Source: Nitrospirota bacterium (GTDB lineage: Bacteria > Nitrospirota > UBA9217). From it: 64,000 bases of DNA. A program made the translations under genes and the position numbers. The notes under the pieces are model-generated. The model saw only the letters and a list, made by a program, of their open reading frames with translations. It was not told the origin of the DNA and ran no database searches. Shown here in pieces: positions 42,012 to 51,989 of this stretch. The stretch spans positions 2,272,001-2,336,000 of the forward strand of contig CAWFSF010000006.1 in NCBI GenBank assembly GCA_963818475.1, read 5' to 3'. Numbering within the stretch: position 1 is the first letter of the stretch; every line of letters begins with the position of its first letter.

Positions 42012-43463
42012 CTATTGCTCTTCCTCCTGCCCACGTTCGTCCTCATTGAAATGCATCTTGATTCCCAGTTCCTTGATCTTCTTCCTGAGCGTGTTGCGAT
42101 TGATGCCGAGGAGGTTCGCGGCGCGCACCTGGTTCCCTTCGGTCTTTTTGAGGACCAGCGTGATGAGCGGCTTTTCCACGCGCTGGACCACCATGGAGTA
42201 GATGTCGCCCACTTCAAGCCCGCCCATGCGGTCCACGAGGTCGGTGAGCTTTTCTTCGAGGAAATTCTCGAACGAGAGTGCGACGCCATGGCCAGGCTTG
42301 AAGATCTGGGGCGGCAGGGCGTCGGGAAATATCTTGTCGCCCTGCGAGAGCGTGATGGCGCGCTGGACCGCGTTCTCAAGCTCCCGCACATTACCCGGCC
42401 AGTCATAGGCGCGGAGGACCTTGAGCGTCTCCGGCGTAAGCACCCGGGGTTTGCCCTGCCCGGCCTGGTGCTTTTGCATAAAGTATTCCGCCAACGGAGT
42501 GATATCGTCCTTCCGTTTCCGCAGCGGCGGGATATTGAGTTGGATCACGTTCAGGCGGTAGAACAGGTCCTCGCGGAAGCGCTTTTCCCGCACGGCCTTC
42601 TCAAGGTTCTGGTGGGTCGCGGCAATGACGCGCACATCGGTCCTGATCGACTCGGTGCCGCCCACCCGTTCGAACTCACGCTCCTGCAGCACGCGGAGCA
42701 GCTTGCCCTGAAGCGGCAGGCTCATGTCGCCGATCTCGTCCAGGAACATCGTGCCGCCGGCGGCCGCCTCGAACTTCCCGATCTTCCGGATGACCGCGCC
42801 GGTAAAGGCGCCCTTCTCGTGACCAAAGAGCTCGCTCTCAAGCAATTCCGACGGGATGGCCGCCGAATTCACCGCCACAAAGGGGCGGCCCGCGCGCTTG
42901 CTGTGATAGTGGATGGCCCGAGCCACGAGCTCCTTGCCCGTCCCGCTCTCGCCGTGGATCAGGACCGTGGCATCGCTCTCCGCCACCCGTCCGATGGTCT
43001 TGTAGATCTCCTGCATGGCAGGCGTATTGCCCACGAGGCCGCCTTCGTACTTCTCGCGCACCTCCGCCCGGAGCGCGGTCACTTCCTGCGAGAGCCGCCG
43101 CACGTCGATGGCCTTCCGCACGAGGATGTTCACCTCGTCGAGGTCAAAGGGCTTGGTGATGTAGTCGAAGGCGCCGCGCCGCATGGCCTCGATGGCGTTC
43201 TGCATCGTTGCCTGGGCCGTCATGATGATGACCGAGACCCCCTTGCCGTCCCGCTGGATCTTGTCGAGCGCCTCGAAACCGCTCATGCCCGGCATGCGGA
43301 TGTCCATCAGCACGATCGCAATACCGCCCTCGCTCAGCCGCTCAAAGGCCTCGGCAGCGTCCTGGGCAAGCACCGCAGTCATCCCCTCTTTTTCAAGGGA
43401 CTTCTTGAGCACCCAGCGGACGCTCTCATCGTCGTCGACTATCAGTATTTTTTCGTTTGTCAT
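42012..43463 (-). CDS. ntrC: Sigma54-dependent response regulator, NtrC-like
   Basis: Receiver domain; [24 protein letters not shown]; Fis [23 protein letters not shown]. Confidence 0.85.
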   Translation of the reverse strand: MTNEKILIVDDDESVRWVLKKSLEKEGMTAVLAQDAAEAFERLSEGGIAIVLMDIRMPGMSGFEALDKIQRDGKGVSVIIMTAQATMQNAIEAMRRGAFDYITKPFDLDEVNILVRKAIDVRRLSQEVTALRAEVREKYEGGLVGNTPAMQEIYKTIGRVAESDATVLIHGESGTGKELVARAIHYHSKRAGRPFVAVNSAAIPSELLESELFGHEKGAFTGAVIRKIGKFEAAAGGTMFLDEIGDMSLPLQGKLLRVLQEREFERVGGTESIRTDVRVIAATHQNLEKAVREKRFREDLFYRLNVIQLNIPPLRKRKDDITPLAEYFMQKHQAGQGKPRVLTPETLKVLRAYDWPGNVRELENAVQRAITLSQGDKIFPDALPPQIFKPGHGVALSFENFLEEKLTDLVDRMGGLEVGDIYSMVVQRVEKPLITLVLKKTEGNQVRAANLLGINRNTLRKKIKELGIKMHFNEDERGQEEEQ

Positions 43464-43472
43464 AGCCCTTCC

Positions 43473-43577
43473 AATTTCGGATTTCGGATTGCGGATTTCG
43501 GATTAACCCAGAACCTTAGCAACCCGTGCTTCGTTTTTGCCTTTCATTCCGCAATCCGCAATCCGCAATCCGCAATT
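43473..43577. repeat. Heptamer palindrome (family A)
   Basis: Four ATT(T/G)CGG units, a spacer, then attccgc aatccgc aatccgc aatccgc. Confidence 0.9.
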
Positions 43578-43580
43578 GCT

Positions 43581-44699
43581 TCATCCCATCAGCGGCAGAT
43601 ACACGCTGAAGGTCGTTCCCTCTCCCTCGTGGCTTTCGACGCGGATCGTGCCGAGGTGCTCCTGCACTATCTGGTATGACAGCGCCAGGCCGAGCCCCAC
43701 CCCCCGGTCCTTGGTCGTGAAGAAGGGCGTGAAGATGTCGTTCAGATGCTCCGGCGTGATCCCCTTGCCCGTATCGCTCACCTTGATGACCATGAGCCGG
43801 TGTTTTTTACCGTCAGCCTGAACGCTGGTGAACAGGTCCGACATGCGCGTCAGCACGGTCAGCTTCCCGCCCGAGGCCATGGCCTCGACTGCGTTCTTGA
43901 TGATGTTCAGGAACACCTGCACCAGCTGGTCCTCGTTGCCGAGCACCTCCGGCAGGCTCGGGTCGTACATCCGGGAGAGGACGATGCCGCTCTCCCGGGC
44001 CTGTTCCTCATGCAGCAGCAGCACCCGGTCGATGATGCTATGGATGTTGATCCCCCTGATCTCGCTCGGGCTGAGGCGCGTAAAATCGAGGATCCCCTCC
44101 AGCACATTGTTCAGGCGGTCGGCTTCCTTCATGATCACGTCGAGGTATTCTTCGAAGCTCCTGCTGTCCTGCCGGGATGCCGCAGCATCGCTCCGAAGCT
44201 CCGACCGCATGAGCTGCGCAGCGCCGCGAATGCCGACCAGCGGGTTTTTAACTTCATGAGCGATGCCTGCAGCGATCATTCCGAGCGTCGCGAGGCGGTC
44301 GGACCTGCGCATGCGCTCCTTCAGGTCCCGCACGCCGGCCTGATCGCGGATGGTCGAAATCACGCCCGTGGGGCTGCCGTCGTCATCCGCCAGCACGCTG
44401 GTCACGAGCCCGATGGGGAGCGGCGGCCGGTGCCTGGCAGCCAATTCCGTTTCGTAATCAGAGTACGAGCGGCCCGTCGTGAAGGTCTTTTCGATCTGGC
44501 TCACCATGGCGGGGTTGTCGGCGAATACGAGGCTTATGCCTTTGCCGAGCGCCTCTGACGCTGTGATCCCGGTCATTTCTTCTGCCGCGCGGTTCCAGAT
44601 GATGATCTGTCCCTGCGCATCGGTCACCACGACACCGTCGACGATCCCCGTGAGGATATCAGCGGTCAGATCCTTTATTTTTTGCGTCACCGAGCCCAT
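43581..44699 (-). CDS. ntrB: PAS histidine kinase, NtrB-like
   Basis: PAS domain; AHEVKNPLVGIRGAAQL, YDPSLPE, QVFLNIIKNA, GVGLGL. Confidence 0.85.
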   Translation of the reverse strand: MGSVTQKIKDLTADILTGIVDGVVVTDAQGQIIIWNRAAEEMTGITASEALGKGISLVFADNPAMVSQIEKTFTTGRSYSDYETELAARHRPPLPIGLVTSVLADDDGSPTGVISTIRDQAGVRDLKERMRRSDRLATLGMIAAGIAHEVKNPLVGIRGAAQLMRSELRSDAAASRQDSRSFEEYLDVIMKEADRLNNVLEGILDFTRLSPSEIRGINIHSIIDRVLLLHEEQARESGIVLSRMYDPSLPEVLGNEDQLVQVFLNIIKNAVEAMASGGKLTVLTRMSDLFTSVQADGKKHRLMVIKVSDTGKGITPEHLNDIFTPFFTTKDRGVGLGLALSYQIVQEHLGTIRVESHEGEGTTFSVYLPLMG

Positions 44700-44757
44700 G
44701 CTTATTGATATCACATACTATTTGATGATTCAAGGTAATTTATGATATAGTCCGTTC

Positions 44758-44851
44758 AATTGCGGATTTCGGATTGCGGATTTCGGATTTAGTAAAGCTG
44801 CCTGCTTTATTCTGCTGTTCATTCCGCAATCCGAAATCCGCAATCCGCAAT
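44758..44851. repeat. Heptamer palindrome (family A)
   Basis: aattgcgg atttcgg attgcgg atttcgg...attccgc aatccga aatccgc aatccgc aat. Confidence 0.9.
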
Positions 44852-44853
44852 CT

Positions 44854-45726
44854 ATGCTCAATCTTCGTCTCATACTCGTGGCCGTCATTTGGGGCGTGAA
44901 CTTTTCCCTTATCAAGTTCGCGCTTGCCAATTTCTACCCGCTCGGATTCACAGTGATCCGCTTTGCGCTTGCGGCACTGTTCCTCTTTGGCGTCATTGCG
45001 TTGACTCGCGAATCATTCGGCATGAAGCGCCGCGACTTCGCCGCGGTCGCCGTGCTCGGCTTCATCGGCATCTCCCTGTACAGCATTCTGTTCATGTACG
45101 GGCTCAAATACACGACAGCATCCAACTCGGCACTCTTCATTGCCATGTCGCCCCTGTTCGCTGCAATGACGCAACTCGTTACGAAAAAGGAGCGCTTGCC
45201 CGCGAAAAGCGCGCTGGGCCTTTTGCTGTCGTTCCTCGGTGCAGCTTTGATCATCTGGACGAGGACCGGCGGCCTCCATTTCACCTGGCAGGCGCTTTCC
45301 GGCGACCTCCTGACCCTTGCGGCATCCTGCTCCTGGGCGCTCTATACGCTCCGGGCCAAACCGCTGCTTCAGCACTACTCCCCGATAAAAATTACGGCAT
45401 ACAGCATGGCCGCCGGGACCGTCCTCCTGCTCCCGCTGTCCTTGCCCGAGCTTGCAGCCCAGCCATGGCTATCGATCCCAATGCAATCCTGGGGCGCGCT
45501 CGGCTTTGCCGCTTTTTTAGGCGGCGGACTCGCCTACACGCTCTGGTATCAGGGCGTGCAGCAGTTCGGCGTCACCAGAACGATCGTCTATCACTACCTC
45601 GTGCCCTTTGTTGCTGTTGCGTTCGCAGCCCTCTTCCTGCACGAACATATCACCTTCCTGCAGATCCTCGGCGGCTGCTCCATCCTTGCCGGGGTCTACC
45701 TGGTGCAGAAAAATTCTCCCGGCTGA
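44854..45726 (+). CDS. EamA/DMT family transporter
   Basis: IWGVNF, RFALA, GLKYTTASNS, YLVPFVA; about 10 TM. Confidence 0.9.
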   Translation: MLNLRLILVAVIWGVNFSLIKFALANFYPLGFTVIRFALAALFLFGVIALTRESFGMKRRDFAAVAVLGFIGISLYSILFMYGLKYTTASNSALFIAMSPLFAAMTQLVTKKERLPAKSALGLLLSFLGAALIIWTRTGGLHFTWQALSGDLLTLAASCSWALYTLRAKPLLQHYSPIKITAYSMAAGTVLLLPLSLPELAAQPWLSIPMQSWGALGFAAFLGGGLAYTLWYQGVQQFGVTRTIVYHYLVPFVAVAFAALFLHEHITFLQILGGCSILAGVYLVQKNSPG

Positions 45727-45817
45727 GAAAAAAACTTCCTCAGAAAAACCAGTCCTCCTCCTTATGCAGGCGAATCGCTCCCAGACATGACGAAATAGGC
45801 ATATGCATTTTTATATA

Positions 45818-45832
45818 GCAATGCCTGTGCCA
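45818..45832 (-). promoter_or_regulatory. Sigma54 (-24/-12) promoter
   Basis: TGGCAC-AGGCA-TTGC, an exact consensus match. Confidence 0.7.
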
Positions 45833-46003
45833 CCTCGCCTGACTCCAGCATGGCCTGCTATCTTATTAATTTAATGAGACAATTTTTATTCTATTCAGGG
45901 ATACGATGGTGTGACTTTGATATTTTGCGGCATAAAATTAAGCACCTGATCATAAAACAGGCATTCAACGATCCACAAATGATGCGCTCGGGAAAAAATT
46001 CAG

Positions 46004-46040
46004 TTGACAAGTAGTTCATACTATATTAAAATCATTCTAA
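46004..46040 (+). promoter_or_regulatory. Sigma70 promoter overlapped by a PerR/Fur-type box
   Basis: TTGACA-17-TAAAAT; the 7-1-7 box TTAAAATCATTCTAA at 46026-46040. Confidence 0.7.
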
Positions 46041-46179
46041 TTTAACCCGCACACAACCGGATATGCGGACTCCATGTCAATGCTTGCCTGCGGCTGCAGC
46101 TGCTAAAGACCGGCCCTACATGATTCTGCTATACTTTTGCTTAACGGCACCGCACTTTTAACAAAGGGAGGAACACCTT

Positions 46180-46764
46180 ATGGCATACGATCCAAAGGAT
46201 TATACAAAGCTCATAGGAATGTCCGGGTTCAGCGAGACCCTGCTTAAGAACCACTTCACGCTCTATCAGGGCTATGTAACGAACACGAACAAGGTGCTCG
46301 ATACGCTCGACCAGATGGCCAAGGACGGCAAGACCGCGGCGCCGGAATTTGCGGAGCTGAAGCGGAGGCTCGGCTGGGAGTTCAACGGAATGCGGCTCCA
46401 TGAATATTATTTCGAGAACCTGGGCGGATCAGGATCAGCCGGACTCAACAAGGATGGCAAGCTCAGCAAGAAAATAGCCGAAAGCTTCGGCAGCTACGAA
46501 GCCTGGGAAAAGGACTTCCGGGCAACAGGCGCCATGCGCGGCATCGGCTGGGTCGCGCTCTACCAGGACCCGGCCTCGGGACGGCTCATCAATTTTTGGA
46601 TCAACGAACATGATGTGTCCCATCCGGCAGGCTGTACCCTCCTGCTCATCATGGACGTTTTCGAACATGCCTTCATGATCGATTATGGCCTGAAGCGCGC
46701 GGACTATATCGAAGCCTTCTTCAAGAACATCAACTGGTCGGCTGCCGAAGCACGGATAAAGTAA
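46180..46764 (+). CDS. sod: Fe/Mn superoxide dismutase family protein
   Basis: HFTLYQGYV, NGMRLHEYYF, DVFEHAF metal ligands. Confidence 0.9.
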   Translation: MAYDPKDYTKLIGMSGFSETLLKNHFTLYQGYVTNTNKVLDTLDQMAKDGKTAAPEFAELKRRLGWEFNGMRLHEYYFENLGGSGSAGLNKDGKLSKKIAESFGSYEAWEKDFRATGAMRGIGWVALYQDPASGRLINFWINEHDVSHPAGCTLLLIMDVFEHAFMIDYGLKRADYIEAFFKNINWSAAEARIK

Positions 46765-46880
46765 ACCTCAATTTTCCCCCAGGCGGGGGTGAAGTCTGCA
46801 GTATTCACCCCCGCCTACCCCTTCATCGGACAAAACAGTTAAAACCGTAAACGCATACATTACTAAAGGAGGATCATACG

Positions 46881-47375
46881 ATGTCAAAATCAGAACAGGG
46901 TCTGCAGGACGCCTTTGCCGGCGAGTCCCAGGCAAATCGGAAATATCTCGCCTTTGCCAAGAAGGCGGAAGTAGAAGGCTTTAAACAGGCGGCGAAATTG
47001 TTCAGGGCCGCGGCAGCAGCCGAGACAATCCATGCCCATAACCACCTGCGCCAGCTCGGCGTGGTCAAATCCACGAAAGAGAACCTTATGGCTGCCATCA
47101 GCGGCGAGTCCTTCGAGTTCCAGAAGATGTACCCCCAGATGATCGCAGATGCCCAAGAAGAGAACAACAAAGGCGCGCTCCAAAGCTTCAACTACGCCAA
47201 CGAGGTGGAGAAGATCCATGCCGCCTTGTACCAGAAGGCGCTCGATACGCTCGGCAAGAACGTTGACACCGACTACTATATCTGCTCGGTCTGCGGCTAC
47301 ACGGCTGAAGGCGAAGCTCCGGACGAATGCCCGGTCTGCAAAGCAAAGAAACAGGCATTTCGCAAGGCGGAATAG
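46881..47375 (+). CDS. rbr: Rubrerythrin
   Basis: AFAGESQANRKY, ETIHA, EKIH, C-terminal CSVCGY...CPVC. Confidence 0.93.
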   Translation: MSKSEQGLQDAFAGESQANRKYLAFAKKAEVEGFKQAAKLFRAAAAAETIHAHNHLRQLGVVKSTKENLMAAISGESFEFQKMYPQMIADAQEENNKGALQSFNYANEVEKIHAALYQKALDTLGKNVDTDYYICSVCGYTAEGEAPDECPVCKAKKQAFRKAE

Positions 47376-47378
47376 CGA

Positions 47379-47948
47379 TTGAAGATCGTCGCGTTCAACG
47401 GCAGTCCGCGCCCCGGCGGCAATACCGAGGTCCTCCTTGAAGAAGCGTTAAAGCCGCTCCGTGAGGCCGGGCATGAAATCACCGTCTTTAAGCTCAACAC
47501 TATGGACTTCAAACCCTGCCAGGACTGCGGCGGGTGCACAAAAACGGGCATCTGCATCCACCCGGACGCGATGACCGAAATATACGCTGCCATCAGGGCG
47601 GCGGACAGGATCATCCTGGCCTCCCCGATCTTTTTCTACAGCCTAAGCGCCCAGGCCAAGGCGATGATTGACCGGTGCCAGGCTTTCTGGTGCGAGAAAT
47701 ACCTGCTCAAGAAGATCATTCCCGCAGGGCCGCACGGAAGAAAAGGCCTGCTCCTGCTGGTAGGCGGCATGAAAAAGGACGACGGCAGGCAGTGTGCGGA
47801 GGCCGTGGCAAAAGGGTTTTTCAGGACCTGCAGCGTTCCGGAGCATGAGACGCTCTTCTTCGGCGGTGTTGATGCCAAAGGAGATGTGCAGAAGCACCCG
47901 ACGGCGCTGAAAGAAGCATATGAGGCGGGGAAGCGGCTGGGGACGTGA
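47379..47948 (+). CDS. Iron-sulfur flavoprotein / flavodoxin-like FMN reductase
   Basis: GSPRPGGNT, CQDCGGC.....C, ASPIFF, KAMIDR. Confidence 0.88.
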   Translation: MKIVAFNGSPRPGGNTEVLLEEALKPLREAGHEITVFKLNTMDFKPCQDCGGCTKTGICIHPDAMTEIYAAIRAADRIILASPIFFYSLSAQAKAMIDRCQAFWCEKYLLKKIIPAGPHGRKGLLLLVGGMKKDDGRQCAEAVAKGFFRTCSVPEHETLFFGGVDAKGDVQKHPTALKEAYEAGKRLGT

Positions 47949-47968
47949 CCATCTGGCACTTTTGAACC

Positions 47969-48002
47969 AAAAAGGGATCCTTCGATGAAGGGTCCCTTTT
48001 TT
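47969..48002. terminator. Bidirectional terminator
   Basis: AAAAAGGGATCCTTC-gat-GAAGGGTCCCTTTTTT. Confidence 0.8.
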
Positions 48003-48086
48003 ATGCCGCCGGTGTTTCCCTAATCGCAGCAGTCGAGCCATCCTCGCTTTTCGTTCGGTTGCTGCCTCATTATTAAGACTTCCTGC

Positions 48087-49022
48087 TTACCGCAGGATCC
48101 CCTTCACGATCACATCCACGGCCTCTTCCGGCGACAGTCCGTGCGCCATGAGCGTCTCCATCTGCCGTTTATCCACGCTCCCGATGGCTGCTTCATGGGT
48201 CACCTTCGCCAGCGGATGGGTCACCTGCACCAGCGGGATGGCCTTTGCCACGGCGCGGTCCTTCACGATCTCCATGCAGTCCACATGGCCGCGGGAATAG
48301 GCGGCGTTCCCCTCGGTGATGCCGGTGATCTCGGCTGTGGCGTCGTCCTCGATGGCCACACGGGCCTTGATCATTCCGCGCGCACTCTCCCCTGCAAGCA
48401 CGACCTTTTCCCTTATTTTAATATCATCGTTCCCATGCCCGAAGACCCTCGCCGTGAGCTCAACAACGGCACCTTCTCCGGCGCTGACCTCGTAATCGAT
48501 GCCGAGTTTTCCCACCCTGCCCGTGGTGAGCGTGAAGTCCGTGAAGTACCTGCCGTTCTTCCCGACCTGCACGCGGAGCTTCGGAACGACCTCGATGCCG
48601 CCGAACAGGCCGTGATAGTGCGTTTCTGAGTAGCGCATTTCGGCACCCTCGCCTATATCGACAGTCGCGTCCATGAGATGGCGCACCTTCTCAGCCTTCG
48701 GGAAAATGCAGTGGGCGATGAATGCGGCAGACGAATTCTTCTCGAGTTTCACGTCCATCAAGATCCTTTGCGTCCCTTTCTTGTGCAGCACGCCGAAACA
48801 AAGATGCACGGGCTTCGCGAGCTTTACGCCTTCCCGGACCGTTACCTTTGCCGAGATACCGTTCCGCAGCTCCTTCGCCTGCACATCGATCCCCGGGACC
48901 AGCCGGCTGCTCAGGATGCTGTTGCTGCTGACGCTCAAGTGGGCGGTCTCTGCATCGGCGAGCACGCTCCGGTCCCCGCCTGCCTCGCCCAGTGCCTGCA
49001 TGAGTTCGTTCAAATCAGACAT
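48087..49022 (-). CDS. smsB: SufB-like Fe-S scaffold (SmsB), copy 1
   Basis: PVHLCFG, AHCIFP, RGHVDCMEIV, VTHEAAIGSVD. Confidence 0.88.
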   Translation of the reverse strand: MSDLNELMQALGEAGGDRSVLADAETAHLSVSSNSILSSRLVPGIDVQAKELRNGISAKVTVREGVKLAKPVHLCFGVLHKKGTQRILMDVKLEKNSSAAFIAHCIFPKAEKVRHLMDATVDIGEGAEMRYSETHYHGLFGGIEVVPKLRVQVGKNGRYFTDFTLTTGRVGKLGIDYEVSAGEGAVVELTARVFGHGNDDIKIREKVVLAGESARGMIKARVAIEDDATAEITGITEGNAAYSRGHVDCMEIVKDRAVAKAIPLVQVTHPLAKVTHEAAIGSVDKRQMETLMAHGLSPEEAVDVIVKGILR

Positions 49023-49740
49023 AATGGCACTCCACCAGACCACAGGTCATGCATTTCTGCAGTTTATAATGCTCAGAAACCTTTTCCGGCGTTCCGGAGC
49101 AGATGATCCTCCCATGGCAGAGCTGTGATGCCCGGTCCGCGATCAGCGCGATCTCTTCCCGGTGCGTGACCAGAAGCACGGCTGCACCGCTGTTCTTGAA
49201 CGCGCTGATGACGTCGATCACGTCATGGATGGACAGCATATCGATGCCCGAATCAGGCTCGTCCAGGATCGCCAGCCGGGGCGCAAGCGCCAGCACCGAC
49301 GCGAGTTCGATCCGCTTCCGCTCTCCCCCGCTCAGGCACTTGTCGACCATCCTTCCCAGGTACAGGTCCGGCGAGAGGCCCACGCGGTCGAGAAAGGGCG
49401 CGGCATCGAGCACGGGGTTCTTGATGGCAAGGTAATCCCGTACCGTGATGCCCTCGAACCGGACCGGCTCCTGCCAGGCCATGGTGATGCCGAGCCGTGC
49501 GCGTTCATGGATCGCGAGGTCGTTGATGACCCTGTCGTCGAACCGGATCTCTCCGGCTGTCGGCCGATAGCCTTCGCACCCCATGACAAGGTATGCCAGG
49601 GTGCTCTTGCCGGTCCCGTTCGTTCCGAGCAGAGCATGCACCTCGCCGGGTTCGATGGCAAGGGAAAGCTGATCCAGGATCGGCGTTTTACCGTCGGGAC
49701 CGGTACCGTAGACCACGTTGTTTATCTCAAGCAGCGGCAT
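49015..49740 (-). CDS. smsC: SufC-like ATPase (SmsC), copy 1
   Basis: GTNGTGKST, WQEPVRFEG, LSGGERKRIE, DEPDSGID, C-terminal CMTCGLVEC. Confidence 0.88.
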   Translation of the reverse strand: MPLLEINNVVYGTGPDGKTPILDQLSLAIEPGEVHALLGTNGTGKSTLAYLVMGCEGYRPTAGEIRFDDRVINDLAIHERARLGITMAWQEPVRFEGITVRDYLAIKNPVLDAAPFLDRVGLSPDLYLGRMVDKCLSGGERKRIELASVLALAPRLAILDEPDSGIDMLSIHDVIDVISAFKNSGAAVLLVTHREEIALIADRASQLCHGRIICSGTPEKVSEHYKLQKCMTCGLVECHYV

Positions 49741-49760
49741 GAGGACACCTTTTTTGAGTC

Positions 49761-49876
49761 AACAGATCTTTTGACACGGATCAAGGCGGATAAAAATATG
49801 ATTTTCACGGATACGTCAGAGACTTATCCGCTTTTATCATATATAAATCAGCCCTTATCCGTGTCAGAGATCTGTT
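49761..49876. repeat. Intergenic inverted repeat (CACGGAT/ATCCGTG type)
   Basis: aacagatct..tgacacggat ... atccgtgtca.agatctgtt terminal inverted arms. Confidence 0.75.
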
Positions 49877-49880
49877 TATC

Positions 49881-51492
49881 CTATGTTCTCTCCCATCGTT
49901 TCACAGCAAAAGCCACCACCAGCGATACAGCCAAAGCCCCTGCCAGAAGCAGGAACGAGACGAACACGTTGTTCAGCAGCGCCGGGTTGACCAGCAGCAC
50001 CAGCGCCAGCCCGAGCATCATGGCCCCCGACACCAGCTTCAGGAGCCTCCCCTGCCATTCCGTCAGCTGCCGTTTCCCGAGCGTTATGCCGAACGCCACA
50101 ACAATGATCAGCAGCGGGATAACGTAAATAACATTGTAGAGCACCAGATACAGGTAGTAGGAGGCTGTTGACAGGCTGTTCAGCGTCAGTATGCGTGTGT
50201 ACACCATCGGGAACCCGGCCGTGCAGAGGAGCTCATAGGAGTTCGCGGCAATAGCCAGGACCGTCGTGCCCAGGAGCAGCGACAGCAGCGACGAGGCATG
50301 AATAAGGCGGCGCATCCGGTCGAACAGCTTCGGTTTGGCGCTGTCGGGGATCGTGAGGGACAAGCCCTTTTTGAACAGGAAGAAGTCCTTGATATTGATG
50401 GCGGCAATGACGAGCGAGAGCCCGCCGGCGACCCGGGTGATGAGCGCAACCTGGCCCATGACCAGGAACAGGTTGAGCCAGGCGGCCATAAAAAGGAAAT
50501 AGATGAAGCCCGAGAAGAACACAAAGACGCCGCCGACGAACAGCATCCTGCCGCGCGACCGGGCATAGACCATGAGCCCCAGGAGGGACAGGAGCACAAA
50601 GAACGCGCAGGGATTAAAGCTGTCCATGCCGGCGATCATGACCGTAAGGAGCGGCAGGGACGTTGCCGTTGTGTCGACGCTTCCGAACAGGGGAAGGTCG
50701 ATGACAGTATTTTCGCCTGCATAGGTCAGCGTTGACCCTTCTGCCTGAGAAGCGGTTATCGTGCCGCGGGACGCCGGCAACGACCCCGGCAGCACCGGGC
50801 CTTCCGAAGCCGGGGTTTTGAGCGACGCAATGCCGCTCAGAATATCCATGGGATCGGTACAAGGATCAGCGGCGCATCGCTCGACAGCGGACGCGATCTG
50901 TCTGCCAATCTGTTCGGTAAATCCGACAAACACCTCGCGGTCCACAAAGGTCATGGGCACGCCGCTGATGCTGTTGTGATACGCACGGGACAGCTCGGCC
51001 AGCAGTGCTGCGTTCTTTTTGTCATGCCACACTTCGTAGGACCTGATATCCATGCCCGGGTGGAGCGCGCCGCAGGTCCTCCAAGAACGGTTTCTCGTCA
51101 TCACAATGGGGACAGCCGTCGCCCCAGAAGAAATATACGGTGAACCTCCGTTTCAAGGACCGGGTGCTTATATCATCCGGTGTGCCAGGGCTGCTCCTGT
51201 CCCGGCCTGAAGGAGCAACCGTTCCTTCTTCGAACGGGAAAGGGGCAGGACCATCACCCTGCGGAAGAGAAAAAAACAGGCCCTTCGTTCCCTCAGAACT
51301 GTCTGCACACGCTTCTGACTCAAAACCGGGCGGGCAGATGCCTTGCTGTGTCAGGGACGGAATAGATAAAATTGCGTCATCCTCGTGGCTGCCGTCCGGA
51401 ACCATTTCAACTCGTTCCCCTGCGGATGCATTCAGCCCGCTGAGGCACAGAGAGATCAAAAGGACAATAAAAATCAAAAAGCGGAATATCAT
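49881..51492 (-). CDS. Exported glutaredoxin (CPHC) fused to a CcdA/DsbD-like membrane domain (frameshift near 51070)
   Basis: Signal peptide; FFWGDGCPHC; DSFNPCAFFVL and ELLCTAGFP in TM regions. Confidence 0.8.
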
Positions 51493-51609
51493 ACGAGCGT
51501 ACCCCGGCTCTCTTGCTGCATGATTTATCTTTATTTTACCATTTTTTACAAGAAATTACGGCGGAAGGGCATGTCAGGCAAGGCCTGATTGGAGATGCGC
51601 TTTTGGCAT

Positions 51610-51644
51610 AAAAAAACCGCTGCCCTCACCGGGAGGACAGCGGT
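51610..51644 (-). terminator. Intrinsic terminator after the HesB-like gene
   Basis: ACCGCTGTCCTC...GAGGGCAGCGGT-TTTTTT on the minus strand. Confidence 0.75.
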
Positions 51645-51683
51645 AGAATTTGGCCGATCAATGCGTCAAGCGAGGTGCTCGCT

Positions 51684-51989
51684 CTAGCAGGTGCTGCACG
51701 ATGAACCGCAGGAACTCTGTTGCATGCCCGTGAGCACGAAGCCCTGAGCTTCCACGAAATCGATGGTGGTCGTGTTCAGCATGTCGTTTGCTTTCTGTTC
51801 AAGAAAAAGCTTGAGTCCGTCCTTCTCAAGGGTGATATCGCCCTGTGCTGCTGCTTTGGCTATGTCCATAGCCAGTGAAGGGCTTCAGCCGCCGGGGACA
51901 ACGAATATCCGCACACCGTCCCCTGCCTTTCCCTGCTTCTCAACAACCGTTTTAAACTGTTTTACCGCACCGTCCGTCAAACTTACCAT
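51684..51989 (-). CDS. IscA/HesB-like selenoprotein (Sec at UGA 51887-51885), 101 aa
   Basis: GGAGG RBS and ATG 51989; MVSLTDGA...VRIFVVPGG-U-SPSLAMD continues in frame into ORF 51684-51869; SECIS-like hairpin follows. Confidence 0.85.

Noticed and set aside
43473-44851. Heptamer arrays as a CRISPR array
   Set aside because: Units are 7 nt, tandem and inverted, with no unique spacers between repeats and no cas genes
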